This document shows, piece by piece, positions 37,633 through 49,371 of a stretch of DNA of 64,000 nt; position 1 is the stretch's first letter; each line of letters starts with the position of its first letter. The notes under the pieces are model-generated. The model was not told the origin of the DNA and did no database searches. It saw only the letters and a list, made by a program, of their open reading frames with translations. A program made the position numbers and the translations under genes. Source of the stretch: Pyrinomonadaceae bacterium (GTDB lineage: Bacteria > Acidobacteriota > Blastocatellia > Pyrinomonadales > Pyrinomonadaceae); assembly GCA_041746475.1 (NCBI GenBank), contig JBGTGX010000021.1:46251-110250 (forward strand), given 5' to 3'.

Positions 37633-37914
37633 ATGAGCCGAAAGAAATTATCGAGCGAGGAAATCGAGGAAAGCGTTGCAAGACTCGATGGCTGGAAGGT
37701 TGAAAAGAATTGGCTGAAAAAGGAGTATGAATTTCGAAACTTTGCCGAATCTCTCGCGTTTGTCAATAAAATAGGAGAGATCGCAGAAGATGCCGACCAC
37801 CACCCGGATATGAAGTTTGGCTGGGGCTACGCAAATATCGAATTAACCACCCACGACGTCGGCGGTTTAACACCCAACGATTTTGAGGTCGCGGCGAAGA
37901 TCGATGGGATTTGA
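37633..37914 (+). CDS. phhB: 4a-hydroxytetrahydrobiopterin dehydratase (PCD)
   Basis: It is 93 aa: LDGWKVE...FRNFAESLAFVNKIGEIAEDADHHPDM. Confidence 0.85.
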   Translation: MSRKKLSSEEIEESVARLDGWKVEKNWLKKEYEFRNFAESLAFVNKIGEIAEDADHHPDMKFGWGYANIELTTHDVGGLTPNDFEVAAKIDGI

Positions 37915-37933
37915 TTAGACAAGTTCCCGGGTT

Positions 37934-38031
37934 ACCTTTGCTATTATTTGCGTCTTTAACTTGGCGAACCTTGCGGTAGAAAAAAGGAAATTAACCGCAA
38001 AGAACGCGAAGGATTATGCAAAGTTCGCTAA
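37934..38031. repeat. Degenerate, gene-less copy of the palindromic repeat family (arms facing inward, 16-nt loop)
   Basis: ...ttgcgtctttaacttggcgaaccttgcggt / accgcaaagaacgcgaaggattatgcaaag.... The arm resembles the cccgcaaaggcgcaaagg...gcataagg arms at 7770-8475. About 14 of the innermost 20 positions pair. Confidence 0.5.
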
Positions 38032-38087
38032 GATTTGTTACAAATTAAGTATATCGAATTGACGTTAAACATATTAAATTCGAAGTA

Positions 38088-40322
<2,235 letters not shown>

Positions 40323-40860
40323 TTACGCAGTTGAAAGGTAGAACAGCCTGTTCAAACCCGCGGCGCGAGATGCTTTTTCCGGCGTCGAGGAAACATGCTA
40401 ACAGCCCGTTTTACCTTTGTTTCTGGCTTTTGTTTTCAAGTGCACAACTTCTATTTATTTAAGATATTAGACTTGTTTAACTAATTGTGATCACCGAATA
40501 ACACTGTGCCGTTCGGACACAAAATCAGTTAAAGTTAATCAGTGATTACCGCTATACTAGTCAACTTTGGGTCAAAACGTAAATTAACAAGTCAAAATTT
40601 CCCCCGTTTTATTATTAACTTCCCAAACTACTTAGCTACTACACAGTAAATTTGTTAACGAAGCCGGCGAAGGAAACACCATCGAAAAATCAGCAATAAT
40701 CTCGCTCCTCCAAAAATTCAACGATTCCGGTTTAGACATTATTAAAACCGAAAATCTTTACAACTTTGGTGGCGAACGCGGTTATTCGGTTTAATTTTTA
40801 GGGACAAGTGAAAAGGGATGGGGGTTGCTTCTGTTCCTGGTCTTTTTGATTTTTAGATAA

Positions 40861-41154
40861 ATGTTCAAGTCACAAAAATGTCCAATTTGTTTAACCGGGG
40901 TTGAACCGTCAGAGCGTTACCCGCATTATGTTTGCCGGAATTGCCGAATAAGGGTTGTGGATGAACACGATCGCCCTTTGAAATTTTACAATGAATCAAT
41001 TTCAGGCGGATTTTTGGGTTTTTATTCCGATACAAATGAAAAATATGATAGTCACGTTTGTTACATCGATGGCGTAAAATGTCGGGCTGATGAAGCATAT
41101 TTCGGCGGAATTGTAATTGAAGTTGATAAGTCCGCTTCCGCAAACTTGCCGTAA
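40861..41154 (+). CDS. Hypothetical zinc-ribbon protein
   Basis: It is 97 aa with CPIC...CRNC near the N-terminus. I recognise no family. It is flanked by ORF-poor AT-rich DNA. Confidence 0.4.
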   Translation: MFKSQKCPICLTGVEPSERYPHYVCRNCRIRVVDEHDRPLKFYNESISGGFLGFYSDTNEKYDSHVCYIDGVKCRADEAYFGGIVIEVDKSASANLP

Positions 41155-41336
41155 AAACTTGCGTTAGGAAAGCCGGCTTGGGTTTATACACGATCGTAAC
41201 GACCAACGTTTTTCTATTATCCGAAGAGCACAAATTTTTTTAGCGAGTTCAGTGATTCATATTGTTAAGATATCTTGCCTTTTTTCGGTTTTGATAATAA
41301 ATTCTGCATACAAACTTTGCTCGAATTTGGCTCTGC

Positions 41337-42017
41337 ATGAAACACAAGAAAACTTATAAGTTGACGCGAAAGCTCATTGATGAACGTGAGCTCGATGATG
41401 ACAATATGGAGACTGCTCACGAAGAGCTGATCGACCTTATCGAGGAAGATGAAGAATGCGGCTGGGCTTATGGGTTGCTTGCCGAGATCTATTATTGGAT
41501 GGGCGAATCCGCCAATAGCGACGACAAACTTTTCTATTACGACAAAGGCGTAGAATACGCTAAACAGGGAATTGAGGCAGAAGAAGATTCTTTGGAAGCA
41601 AACTTTTGGCTGGCAGTTAATTACGGCTCATACGGCAATGAAAAAGGAATTATGAAGAGCCTTTCGCTTGTAACGCCAATCAAGAATTTGGCGGAAAAGT
41701 GTCTGGAGTTGGATGAAAGCTATTTTTACGGCGGGTCCTGGCGGATTTTGGGAAGACTTTATAATAAGGCTCCGGGCTTTCCGATCTCGATCGGCGATAA
41801 CAAAAAGTCGCTGAAGTGTTTTAAAAAGGCGCTCGAATTTGGCCCGAAGTTTTTTCTGAACCATCTATTTATCGCCGAGTTTTATATTTCCGACCGCAAA
41901 AAAGACAAGGCGCGCGAGCATCTGGAGTGGATTTTGGAAGCCAAATTAAACCCAAACCATGAAAGCGAAGATGAAATTTATAAGCGCGATGCGGAAAGGC
42001 TTTTGGAAAACTTATAG
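41337..42017 (+). CDS. TatT-like TPR protein
   Basis: WLAVNYGSYG..., LELDESYFYGGSWRILGRLYNKAPGFPISIGDNKKSLKCFKKAL resembles the TRAP-associated TatT TPR family. No TRAP genes are nearby. Confidence 0.45.
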   Translation: MKHKKTYKLTRKLIDERELDDDNMETAHEELIDLIEEDEECGWAYGLLAEIYYWMGESANSDDKLFYYDKGVEYAKQGIEAEEDSLEANFWLAVNYGSYGNEKGIMKSLSLVTPIKNLAEKCLELDESYFYGGSWRILGRLYNKAPGFPISIGDNKKSLKCFKKALEFGPKFFLNHLFIAEFYISDRKKDKAREHLEWILEAKLNPNHESEDEIYKRDAERLLENL

Positions 42018-42048
42018 TTTTAAGACACTGACAAAAATCAGTAAAACG

Positions 42049-42447
42049 ATGGAAATAACATACACATCCGACATGGTTCCGACGGCTGAACAAGTGATCG
42101 AACTCTATGACAATGCCGGACTTTCGAGACCAACGAATGATCCTCAAAGAATCGAAAAAATATTTCAAAACTCAAACTTGATTGTTACGGCTTGGGATGA
42201 ACACCGGCTTGTTGGTGTTTGCCGCACGATCACCGATTGGGTTTGGTCGAGCTATCTCGCTGATCTTGCTGTTAGTCCCGAATGTAAAAAATCAGGAATT
42301 GGCAAGAAACTCATTGATCTGACGCGCGAAAAACTTGGAGAACAATCAATGATTCTTTTGGTTTCGGTTCCGACAGCGATGGAATACTACCCCAAAATAG
42401 GATTTGCTAAAGAAGACAGAGCTTTCATAATCCCACGAACAAAATGA
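42049..42447 (+). CDS. GNAT-family N-acetyltransferase
   Basis: RLVGVCRTITD...ADLAVSPECKKSGIGKKLID is the acetyl-CoA binding motif. The ATG at 42049 is preferred. Confidence 0.7.
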   Translation: MEITYTSDMVPTAEQVIELYDNAGLSRPTNDPQRIEKIFQNSNLIVTAWDEHRLVGVCRTITDWVWSSYLADLAVSPECKKSGIGKKLIDLTREKLGEQSMILLVSVPTAMEYYPKIGFAKEDRAFIIPRTK

Positions 42448-42614
42448 GAACGATAAGACTGAACTTAGCAGCAACGCTTGACGGATTTATCGAGGGCAAG
42501 CCTCTTTTTAAGGACATTAAACAAAAAGTTCAGCTGAAATTAATATGTGGAGAGAGTTTTAAGTCGGGCGTAATGTTGCTTACGTATGCAGGCCTAAAGA
42601 TAATTACAAAATGA
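42444..42614 (+). pseudogene. Internally deleted RibD_C/dihydrofolate-reductase-family remnant (56 codons)
   Basis: The N-terminus is MRTIRLNLAATLDGFIEG and the C-terminus is PLF...LKLICGESFKSGVMLLTYA. These match the two ends of the ~175-aa family, with the middle missing. There is an ATGA overlap at both ends. Confidence 0.45.
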
Positions 42615-43201
42615 AAACTGACTTGTCACCAAAACAACGTGAAGAACTACTCAAAATACTGAGAGCCCGTTTTGAGAAAAACATGATCCGCCATAAAGGA
42701 TTTGAATGGTCTAAAGTGCAAGCAAAGCTGGAAGCTAATACTGAAAAACTCTGGTCGCTTAGTGAGATGGAAAGTACGGGCGGTGAACCGGATGTTGTCG
42801 GGTTTGATAAAAAGACCGATCGATACATTTTTTATGATTGCGCAGCGGAAAGCCCTAAAGGCCGCAGAAGTGTTTGTTATGACTGCGAAGCTCTTGAGTC
42901 AAGGAAAGAACACAAACCTAAAAATAACGCTATTGATATAGCAGCTGACATAGGCATTGAACTATTAACAGAAGAAGAATATCGTAAATTACAGCAACTT
43001 GGAGATTTCGATGCAAAAACGTCGAGTTGGTTAAGTACAACTTCTGAGATTAGAAAACTCGGTGGCTCCATCTTTGCCGATTTTCGCTTTGACAATGTCT
43101 TCGTCTATCACAACGGTGCAGAATCTTACTATGCCGCCAGAGATTCCGTGGCTCGCTCAGGGTCTAAATTGGTCTTCGAACGAGATAATTCCTTTGATTG
43201 A
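42611..43201 (+). CDS. DUF4256-family protein (possible 3' frameshift)
   Basis: LSPKQREELLKILRARFEKNM.RHKG.EWSKVQAKLEAN.EKLWSL.EME.TGGEPDVVG... and SPKGRRSVCYD match the family. Confidence 0.75.
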   Translation: MKTDLSPKQREELLKILRARFEKNMIRHKGFEWSKVQAKLEANTEKLWSLSEMESTGGEPDVVGFDKKTDRYIFYDCAAESPKGRRSVCYDCEALESRKEHKPKNNAIDIAADIGIELLTEEEYRKLQQLGDFDAKTSSWLSTTSEIRKLGGSIFADFRFDNVFVYHNGAESYYAARDSVARSGSKLVFERDNSFD

Positions 43202-43273
43202 TTAACCCCTTGCGGCAGTGAGCGAATAAATTCAGGAGTTTTCATTTTTACGAAACTCTGTTAAAAATATGTT

Positions 43274-43762
43274 ATGAATGATAACCCAATCGTTTCAATC
43301 ATAATGGGCAGTAAATCAGATTGGGACACGATGAAAAACGCCTCGAATACTTTGAGGGATTTTGAAGTTCGGCACGAATGCAGGGTCGTATCGGCGCACC
43401 GTACGCCCGATTTGCTTTTTGAGTTTGCGAAATCTGCGGAATCACGAGGTATTGAAGTTATCATTGCCGGCGCTGGCGGAGCAGCGCATCTTCCTGGAAT
43501 GTGCGCTTCGCAAACGGTTTTGCCGGTTCTCGGAGTTCCGGTGAAGAGTCGTTCGCTAAATGGAATTGACTCGCTTCTTTCGATCGCTCAAATGCCTGCC
43601 GGCATTCCGGTCGGAACATTGGCAATTGGTGATGCCGGCGCGACAAACGCCGCGCTATTGGCGGTTTCGATCTTGGCAAACTCGCGACCGGAACTGAGAC
43701 AGAAATTGAAAGACTTCCGTGAGAAACAGACTGAGAAAGTTTTAGCTTCCGAGCTTAAATAG
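43274..43762 (+). CDS. purE: N5-carboxyaminoimidazole ribonucleotide mutase
   Basis: [13 protein letters not shown]..., VVSAHRTPD and [14 protein letters not shown] are the canonical PurE motifs. Confidence 0.92.
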   Translation: MNDNPIVSIIMGSKSDWDTMKNASNTLRDFEVRHECRVVSAHRTPDLLFEFAKSAESRGIEVIIAGAGGAAHLPGMCASQTVLPVLGVPVKSRSLNGIDSLLSIAQMPAGIPVGTLAIGDAGATNAALLAVSILANSRPELRQKLKDFREKQTEKVLASELK

Positions 43763-43862
43763 TTAGCAACTGCTTCCTGATTATATACCCGCTGGACTGC
43801 TCCGGGTGTATTACCGGAATTGAGGAATGAGGCAACGTTAACGAGGATATCGAAGAAAAAAA

Positions 43863-44258
43863 ATGCTTAGAATTGTTTTAGGAATAATCGTTGGCATCAT
43901 TGTGGGATCCCTGGTTTTTATGGGGTTTCAAATGCTGAACGGAATGTATTTTCCTCTGCCGGATGGCACTGGCTATTCTGACGCGGAAGCAATGAAAAAG
44001 TTTATTTCGGAATTGCCGCCCTTGGGATTTGCCTTAGTTCTGATCGGATATGCTTTAGGATCATTGGCCGCCGGTTTTGCAGCAAGAAAGATTTCCCGTC
44101 ATGCGAGCAAGACAACCCCCATAGTGATCGGATTGTTTTTCACATTCGGATGGTTAATGAACATCTCAATGCTGCCGCATCCTGTATGGGTAATAGTTTT
44201 GGGCTTTTTGATATATTTACCTTTCACTTACCTTGGACACAAACTCGCAGCCGATTAA
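43863..44258 (+). CDS. Hypothetical small membrane protein (about 4 TM helices)
   Basis: It is a hydrophobic 131-aa ORF between purE and purK. I recognise no family. Confidence 0.45.
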   Translation: MLRIVLGIIVGIIVGSLVFMGFQMLNGMYFPLPDGTGYSDAEAMKKFISELPPLGFALVLIGYALGSLAAGFAARKISRHASKTTPIVIGLFFTFGWLMNISMLPHPVWVIVLGFLIYLPFTYLGHKLAAD

Positions 44259-44267
44259 TTTCGAAAA

Positions 44268-45398
44268 TTGATAAATCCTAATTCAACCATTGGTGTTTTC
44301 GGGAGCGGACAGCTTGGACGTATGTTCGCTATCGAGGCGCGCAAGATGGGATATCGCGTCTCTACCTTTTCGCCGGCAGATGATACACCGACGGGCCAGG
44401 TTGCGGATATCGAGATCGCAGCAGAATATGAAGATCTGGAAAGAGTAGAGGAATTTGCAAAATCTGTTGATGTTGTGACGTTTGAATTTGAAAATGTTCC
44501 GTCAAGAACTATCAAAACTGCTTCCCAATTCGTAACCGTCCATCCAAAAGGTGAAATACTACACGTTACTCAAAACCGTCTTCGTGAAAAAACTTTCTTG
44601 TCCAAGGGCGGCTTTCCGGTCGCACCCTTTCGGAAAATCAAGACAGTCGAAGACCTCTATCGTGCAACCCGGGAACTCGGAATGCCCGCAGTATTGAAGA
44701 CTTCAGGTTTTGGTTACGATGGGAAAGGGCAGGTTCGGATCGAATCCAACGAAGATATTGAAAAAGCTTTCGAAAAAAGCGATTCGCCGAGTTTTGTTCT
44801 GGAAGCGTTTATTGAATTTGAAAAAGAGATTTCCGTTGTTTGCGCAAGAGATGCAAAAGGAAATTTCCTTCATTACCGTGCCATCGAAAACAATCATAAA
44901 AATCATGTTTTGGACGTTTCGTTTGCTCCGGCAAGAGTTTCGAAAACGATCGAGGATGATGCGATCGCGATTTCGCGCGGGATCGCCGAAAAATTTGAGT
45001 ACGTCGGAACGATGTGTGTAGAATTTTTCCTAACGAAAGACGAGAAGCTACTCGTCAATGAAATTGCGCCGCGACCCCATAATTCAGGACATTTGACATT
45101 TGATTCGGTTTGCACGACATCTCAATTCGAACAGCAATTACGGGCGGTCTGTGGTTTACCGCTTGGTTCGACCGAATTTATGCGCCCGGTTGCAATGGCG
45201 AATTTACTTGGAGATCTTTGGGAAAAAGGTGAGCCGAATTGGTCGAGCGCCCTATCAAACGAAAACGTGAAACTTCATCTGTATGGAAAGCAGGAAGCTC
45301 GACCGGGCAGAAAAATGGGGCATTTGACCGCGTCGGGTGAATCGACGGATACCGTTGTTAACACTGTAAACGAAGCAAGGGCTTTGCTATCCCGCTGA
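44268..45398 (+). CDS. purK: N5-carboxyaminoimidazole ribonucleotide synthase
   Basis: It has an ATP-grasp fold: IGVFGSGQLGRM, GYDGKGQ and EIAPRPHNSGH. The start is TTG. Confidence 0.9.
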   Translation: MINPNSTIGVFGSGQLGRMFAIEARKMGYRVSTFSPADDTPTGQVADIEIAAEYEDLERVEEFAKSVDVVTFEFENVPSRTIKTASQFVTVHPKGEILHVTQNRLREKTFLSKGGFPVAPFRKIKTVEDLYRATRELGMPAVLKTSGFGYDGKGQVRIESNEDIEKAFEKSDSPSFVLEAFIEFEKEISVVCARDAKGNFLHYRAIENNHKNHVLDVSFAPARVSKTIEDDAIAISRGIAEKFEYVGTMCVEFFLTKDEKLLVNEIAPRPHNSGHLTFDSVCTTSQFEQQLRAVCGLPLGSTEFMRPVAMANLLGDLWEKGEPNWSSALSNENVKLHLYGKQEARPGRKMGHLTASGESTDTVVNTVNEARALLSR

Positions 45399-45402
45399 GA
45401 AT

Positions 45403-45813
45403 TTAAGCTGAGAATTTTTTTGCTAACCAAACTCCTGCGAGCAAACCGACAAATCCAACGACTACGCTTAGCAGCAAATACGCGATCGCTCCTGCATACC
45501 GATTTTCGTTCACTAATTCCCAAATTTCGAGTTCGAATGTTGAGAATGTGGTAAAAGCACCAAGAAATCCGACAATAAGTAACAGTCGTAAATTTTCGTT
45601 GGCGCTGGTTTGATAAGTAAGGAAAATCAGCAAAAAGCCTATCAGAAATGAACCAATTATATTTACAAAAAACGTCGGGAACGGAAAATTTCCTAATGGG
45701 CTGATGGAATTCAATGCGTTTCGCAGGGGTGAAATCATTATAAGGTACCGGGCTACCGAACCGACCGCGCCGCCGAAAGCCACCGAGCAAAATTTTAGAA
45801 GTGTGCCATCCAT
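45403..45813 (-). CDS. crcB: Fluoride channel CrcB/FluC
   Basis: GGAVGSVARYL..., FPFPTFFVNIIGSFLIG and GFLGAFTTFSTF are present. The ATG at 45813 is preferred. Confidence 0.85.
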   Translation of the reverse strand: MDGTLLKFCSVAFGGAVGSVARYLIMISPLRNALNSISPLGNFPFPTFFVNIIGSFLIGFLLIFLTYQTSANENLRLLLIVGFLGAFTTFSTFELEIWELVNENRYAGAIAYLLLSVVVGFVGLLAGVWLAKKFSA

Positions 45814-46080
45814 AAGATTTCGCTGAGGGCCTGCGAGTTTGGTTAAGTATATTTGAGCCGCGGGCAATTTTCTATCAACAAGTTACTTTCTTGTTTCTGC
45901 GACACTTTGTTAGACTAACTTCTACTGTAAAACTATGCGGATTCAGAAGTTTTGGGAAACGCGCGAGTAGTATTTTTACATCAGATAAATTTATCAGCAA
46001 GTTTCACATTCTACATAATAAATAGAGACGGCTTAAAAGTGGGAAAAAGCGAAATATCATCAAGGGGAGAGCGGATTACT

Positions 46081-49000
46081 GTGAGGAGCGCAGTATTTCA
46101 TTGGTTGTTTGTATGCCTCCTGCTTACGATATTCTGCGCCGTGGATTTCGCCCAGAACCGATTTGAAGATCGCGATGTCGAGCGTGTGGATATTGCCTTC
46201 GAAGGAAACGACAGAGATTTATCTGCATCGGAACAATTTCGTCTCATTGCCCGCGAAGAAGTAGGTGAAAAATACTCAACCGTAAATATTCGAAATGCCC
46301 TTGAAAAACTTTTTGAAACGGGGAGGATCATTTCTGCAAAGGCCGAAGCAACCGAACTTGGACAAGATAAAGTTGTTTTGATGTTTGTGATCAAACGGAA
46401 AACAATGGCGAAAAAGTTAACGATAAACGTTGCCGATGCGATTGGCGATCCGGTCACTGAACAGGAATTGATGCTGCGGCTAAACCTCTTAGAGCCGGGG
46501 AGCGCAATTTCCGAACGTATCCTGCAGGAGAATGCAACTTTAATCGTGACCTATTTGCGTGAAAGAGGATTTTACAATGCGGAGGTTGATTACGAGCAAA
46601 AACCACAGGGAAACGAAATCGAGGTCGAGGTGGTATTTGACGTCAAACCCAACGCCCAAGCTAAAGTAGAAAATTTTGTCATCGATATCGAAAAGTTTGA
46701 CGAATCGAAAGCGCGCGAGAAACTGAAACTGCAAAGCGGTGAACTTTTCACACAGCTTAAATTAAACGAAGATGTTTTGACGATTCGCAACGCACTTACA
46801 AAAGAGGAATATCTTGCTCCCCGTCTCGACGAGCCGAGAATTGTTTACGACAGTGATAATAATACTGTCGATGTGTTTGTTCGCGGAGACGTTGGCGCGA
46901 AGATCAAAGTAATTGTTGGTTCTGATGAGGTAAAGCTTGGGGAAAAAACTCAAAACCGCATACTTCCCGTAAAACGCGAAGGCACGATCGATTACGCAGC
47001 GATAGTTGAAGGAGAAAGACGGCTCGAGACCTATTATCAGGAGAGAGGTTATTTCTTCGCGCAAGTTACGCCATTCTGCTCGGTTTCACCCATTTTTACG
47101 GCGGATGAAGCCAGCGAAACAGAAAACAATACTGAAGTCTTGTGTACAGCGCTTAGTGGAGCTGATCTTACAAATAGGGAAGTAGAACTGAAATATGAGG
47201 TAGATCTAAATCGACGGTTAAAGCTTCAGGACTTGAGGATAGAGGGAACCGATAAATTTACGGTCGAGGAGATCCAGGGTGTTCTCGAGTCACAAACGGC
47301 AAATGTTCTCGGATTCATCCCGTTTTTTGGTTACGGGCGCGGTTATACGAGTCGCGAATTGCTTTTACGCGATGTTGAGACCATTGAATCCCTGCTTCGG
47401 GAATTGGGCTACCGGAATGCAAAGGTAGGCGTAAAACAGGGTGTTTCGCCGCAAGGCGATGAGCTGATCATTACGTTTGTAGTGGAAGAGGGAATTCCGA
47501 CCGTCATAAGCGATGTTCAATTTGAAGGAAACACAAGTTTTTCGGTAACGGAACTCTCCGAGGAATTGCCCGATCTGGTAGGTAAGAAATTCTCACGTGC
47601 TCGGGTTCGAAACGGTTTGAAGAGACTATCGGAGTTTTACTCTAAACGCGGATATTACGATGCACGCGTCAGCTATTCGACGACAATTTTTCCGGCGGAA
47701 AACGATGAAACCGAAGATAAAGCGAAAATAACTTACAAGCTCGATAATGAAGGGAAAAAAGTAATCGTCAACCGCGTTTTAATTAATGGAAACGAAAATA
47801 CCAAATCCGAAGCGATTCTTAAGGCGATAGATATAAGGCCGAATGAGGTTCTGCGTTCCTTAGACATTTTTTCGAGCGAGCAGAATCTTTTTGCGACCGA
47901 TGTTTTTGAAACCGTTGATATCAAACCAGAACCTGCCGGAGAGACACCTGATGGCTTGAATCGGCAAACCGATGTAATAATAAACTTGGTTGAAAAGAAA
48001 CCGAGATTGATCACATACGGCGGCGGCTATTCGACGGATGTCGGCTGGAGCGGATTCGCGGATATCAGACATTTCAATTTATTTCAGAGTCTTCAACAGG
48101 GCGGTGCGCAAATTCGTTGGAGCCAACGCCAGCAGCTCGTGCAGGTCGACTTTTTGAGACCCCGGTTTCTAAAAGATGGGAAAGATAAAGATGGGCATCA
48201 ACGTTATGCACCGCTGACTTTCACAGCTCAGTATCAAAGGGATTCTACCGTTACCCGCTTTTTTAGGACGACCTTGGATCAGGGTGCCTTCGGAATTGTT
48301 CAGAGAATCGATGAGAATGGCAATCCGATTGATGAGTTTGGAGCTCCGGCTGGCAACCCGACCATAAACCGATTTACGGTTTCCGCCGAAACAAATCGTA
48401 CGATAAGCCGGAAGGATAGAACCATACTATTCGTTCGGTATCGATTTGAGGACGTCAGGTTATTCAGTTTCGAGAGTCTGCTCGTAAAAGATCTGCTTCG
48501 ACCCGACGCAAAGATCAGAATTTCAGGTTTTGGCGCGACATTCGTGCGAGATACGCGTGAAAACTGCTCGATAACAAATACCCTTTTGGAAACTATCGAG
48601 AAAGGAGAGCCGGGCGATCCTTGCAGGTACAGCGCCGGCGATCCGACGCATGGTGATTATCTAACAGCAGAATACAATGTGTCGCTTCCGGCATTGGGGG
48701 CAAACATTGGATTTAGCAAACTTCAGCTTAGCTACAATCGGTTTTACACTTTCCGAAAACTAAAAAACACGACTGTTGCCGGTAGGTTTATATTAGGTTT
48801 GGCAAACGTTTTCTCAACGAAAGAGAGATTCTCGCCCGCACAGTTTCCCGGTCTGGACGCATTGCTTCCGATAAGCGAGAGATTTTTCGCCGGGGGTTCG
48901 ACAACGCTGCGCGGATTTGATTTTGAAGCGGCTGGGCCAAGAATTGGAATTATTCCGCAGGGAATTTTTCGAAATCGAAAGGGTGAGATCGTTGAATTGA

Positions 49001-49371
49001 ATCCGTTTACAATCCCTTTCGGTGGAAATGGCTTGGCTATAGTAAATGTCGAAGCTAGGATTCCGGTTTCCGAATCAGTAAGAGTTGTACCCTTTTACGA
49101 CGGAGGAAATGTTTTTACGACAGTAAGCGACATTTTCAAAAAGAAAGAAATCCCCTTAACGGACGTTTTTCGAACTAATCTTCAATCTGTTTGGTCGCAC
49201 ACAGTTGGTTTAGGATTGCGAATCAAAGCGCCGATTGGCGGAGAGTTTGCCATTGACTACGGGTATTTGCTGAACCCGCCGAGTTTCATTGTTCCCCAAC
49301 AAAATATCCCTAATACCATCTTTCGATTGCATCAGGGACAACTTCACTTTCGATTTTCACAAGCGTTCTAA
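46081..49371 (+). CDS. bamA: Outer-membrane protein assembly factor BamA (extended)
   Basis: There is a signal peptide from the GTG at 46081 (VRSAVFHWLFVCLLLTIFCAVDFAQ). It has multiple POTRA-like repeats and a C-terminal Omp85 barrel (FAGGSTTLRGF...), ending in ...HFRFSQAF. Confidence 0.8.
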   Translation: MRSAVFHWLFVCLLLTIFCAVDFAQNRFEDRDVERVDIAFEGNDRDLSASEQFRLIAREEVGEKYSTVNIRNALEKLFETGRIISAKAEATELGQDKVVLMFVIKRKTMAKKLTINVADAIGDPVTEQELMLRLNLLEPGSAISERILQENATLIVTYLRERGFYNAEVDYEQKPQGNEIEVEVVFDVKPNAQAKVENFVIDIEKFDESKAREKLKLQSGELFTQLKLNEDVLTIRNALTKEEYLAPRLDEPRIVYDSDNNTVDVFVRGDVGAKIKVIVGSDEVKLGEKTQNRILPVKREGTIDYAAIVEGERRLETYYQERGYFFAQVTPFCSVSPIFTADEASETENNTEVLCTALSGADLTNREVELKYEVDLNRRLKLQDLRIEGTDKFTVEEIQGVLESQTANVLGFIPFFGYGRGYTSRELLLRDVETIESLLRELGYRNAKVGVKQGVSPQGDELIITFVVEEGIPTVISDVQFEGNTSFSVTELSEELPDLVGKKFSRARVRNGLKRLSEFYSKRGYYDARVSYSTTIFPAENDETEDKAKITYKLDNEGKKVIVNRVLINGNENTKSEAILKAIDIRPNEVLRSLDIFSSEQNLFATDVFETVDIKPEPAGETPDGLNRQTDVIINLVEKKPRLITYGGGYSTDVGWSGFADIRHFNLFQSLQQGGAQIRWSQRQQLVQVDFLRPRFLKDGKDKDGHQRYAPLTFTAQYQRDSTVTRFFRTTLDQGAFGIVQRIDENGNPIDEFGAPAGNPTINRFTVSAETNRTISRKDRTILFVRYRFEDVRLFSFESLLVKDLLRPDAKIRISGFGATFVRDTRENCSITNTLLETIEKGEPGDPCRYSAGDPTHGDYLTAEYNVSLPALGANIGFSKLQLSYNRFYTFRKLKNTTVAGRFILGLANVFSTKERFSPAQFPGLDALLPISERFFAGGSTTLRGFDFEAAGPRIGIIPQGIFRNRKGEIVELNPFTIPFGGNGLAIVNVEARIPVSESVRVVPFYDGGNVFTTVSDIFKKKEIPLTDVFRTNLQSVWSHTVGLGLRIKAPIGGEFAIDYGYLLNPPSFIVPQQNIPNTIFRLHQGQLHFRFSQAF

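Noticed and set aside
43863-44258. A membrane-protein gene splitting purE from purK.
   Set aside because: It is unusual-looking, but it is just a small hydrophobic ORF with no motif. purE and purK are both intact, and I cannot extract a functional link from sequence alone.
45814-45950. Expected fluoride (crcB-motif) riboswitch upstream of crcB.
   Set aside because: I read the minus-strand leader. It lacks the conserved GGCGATG...AAAC.GCC...CTGATG.CC elements and contains only a vague aaactcgcaggccc segment. I made no call.
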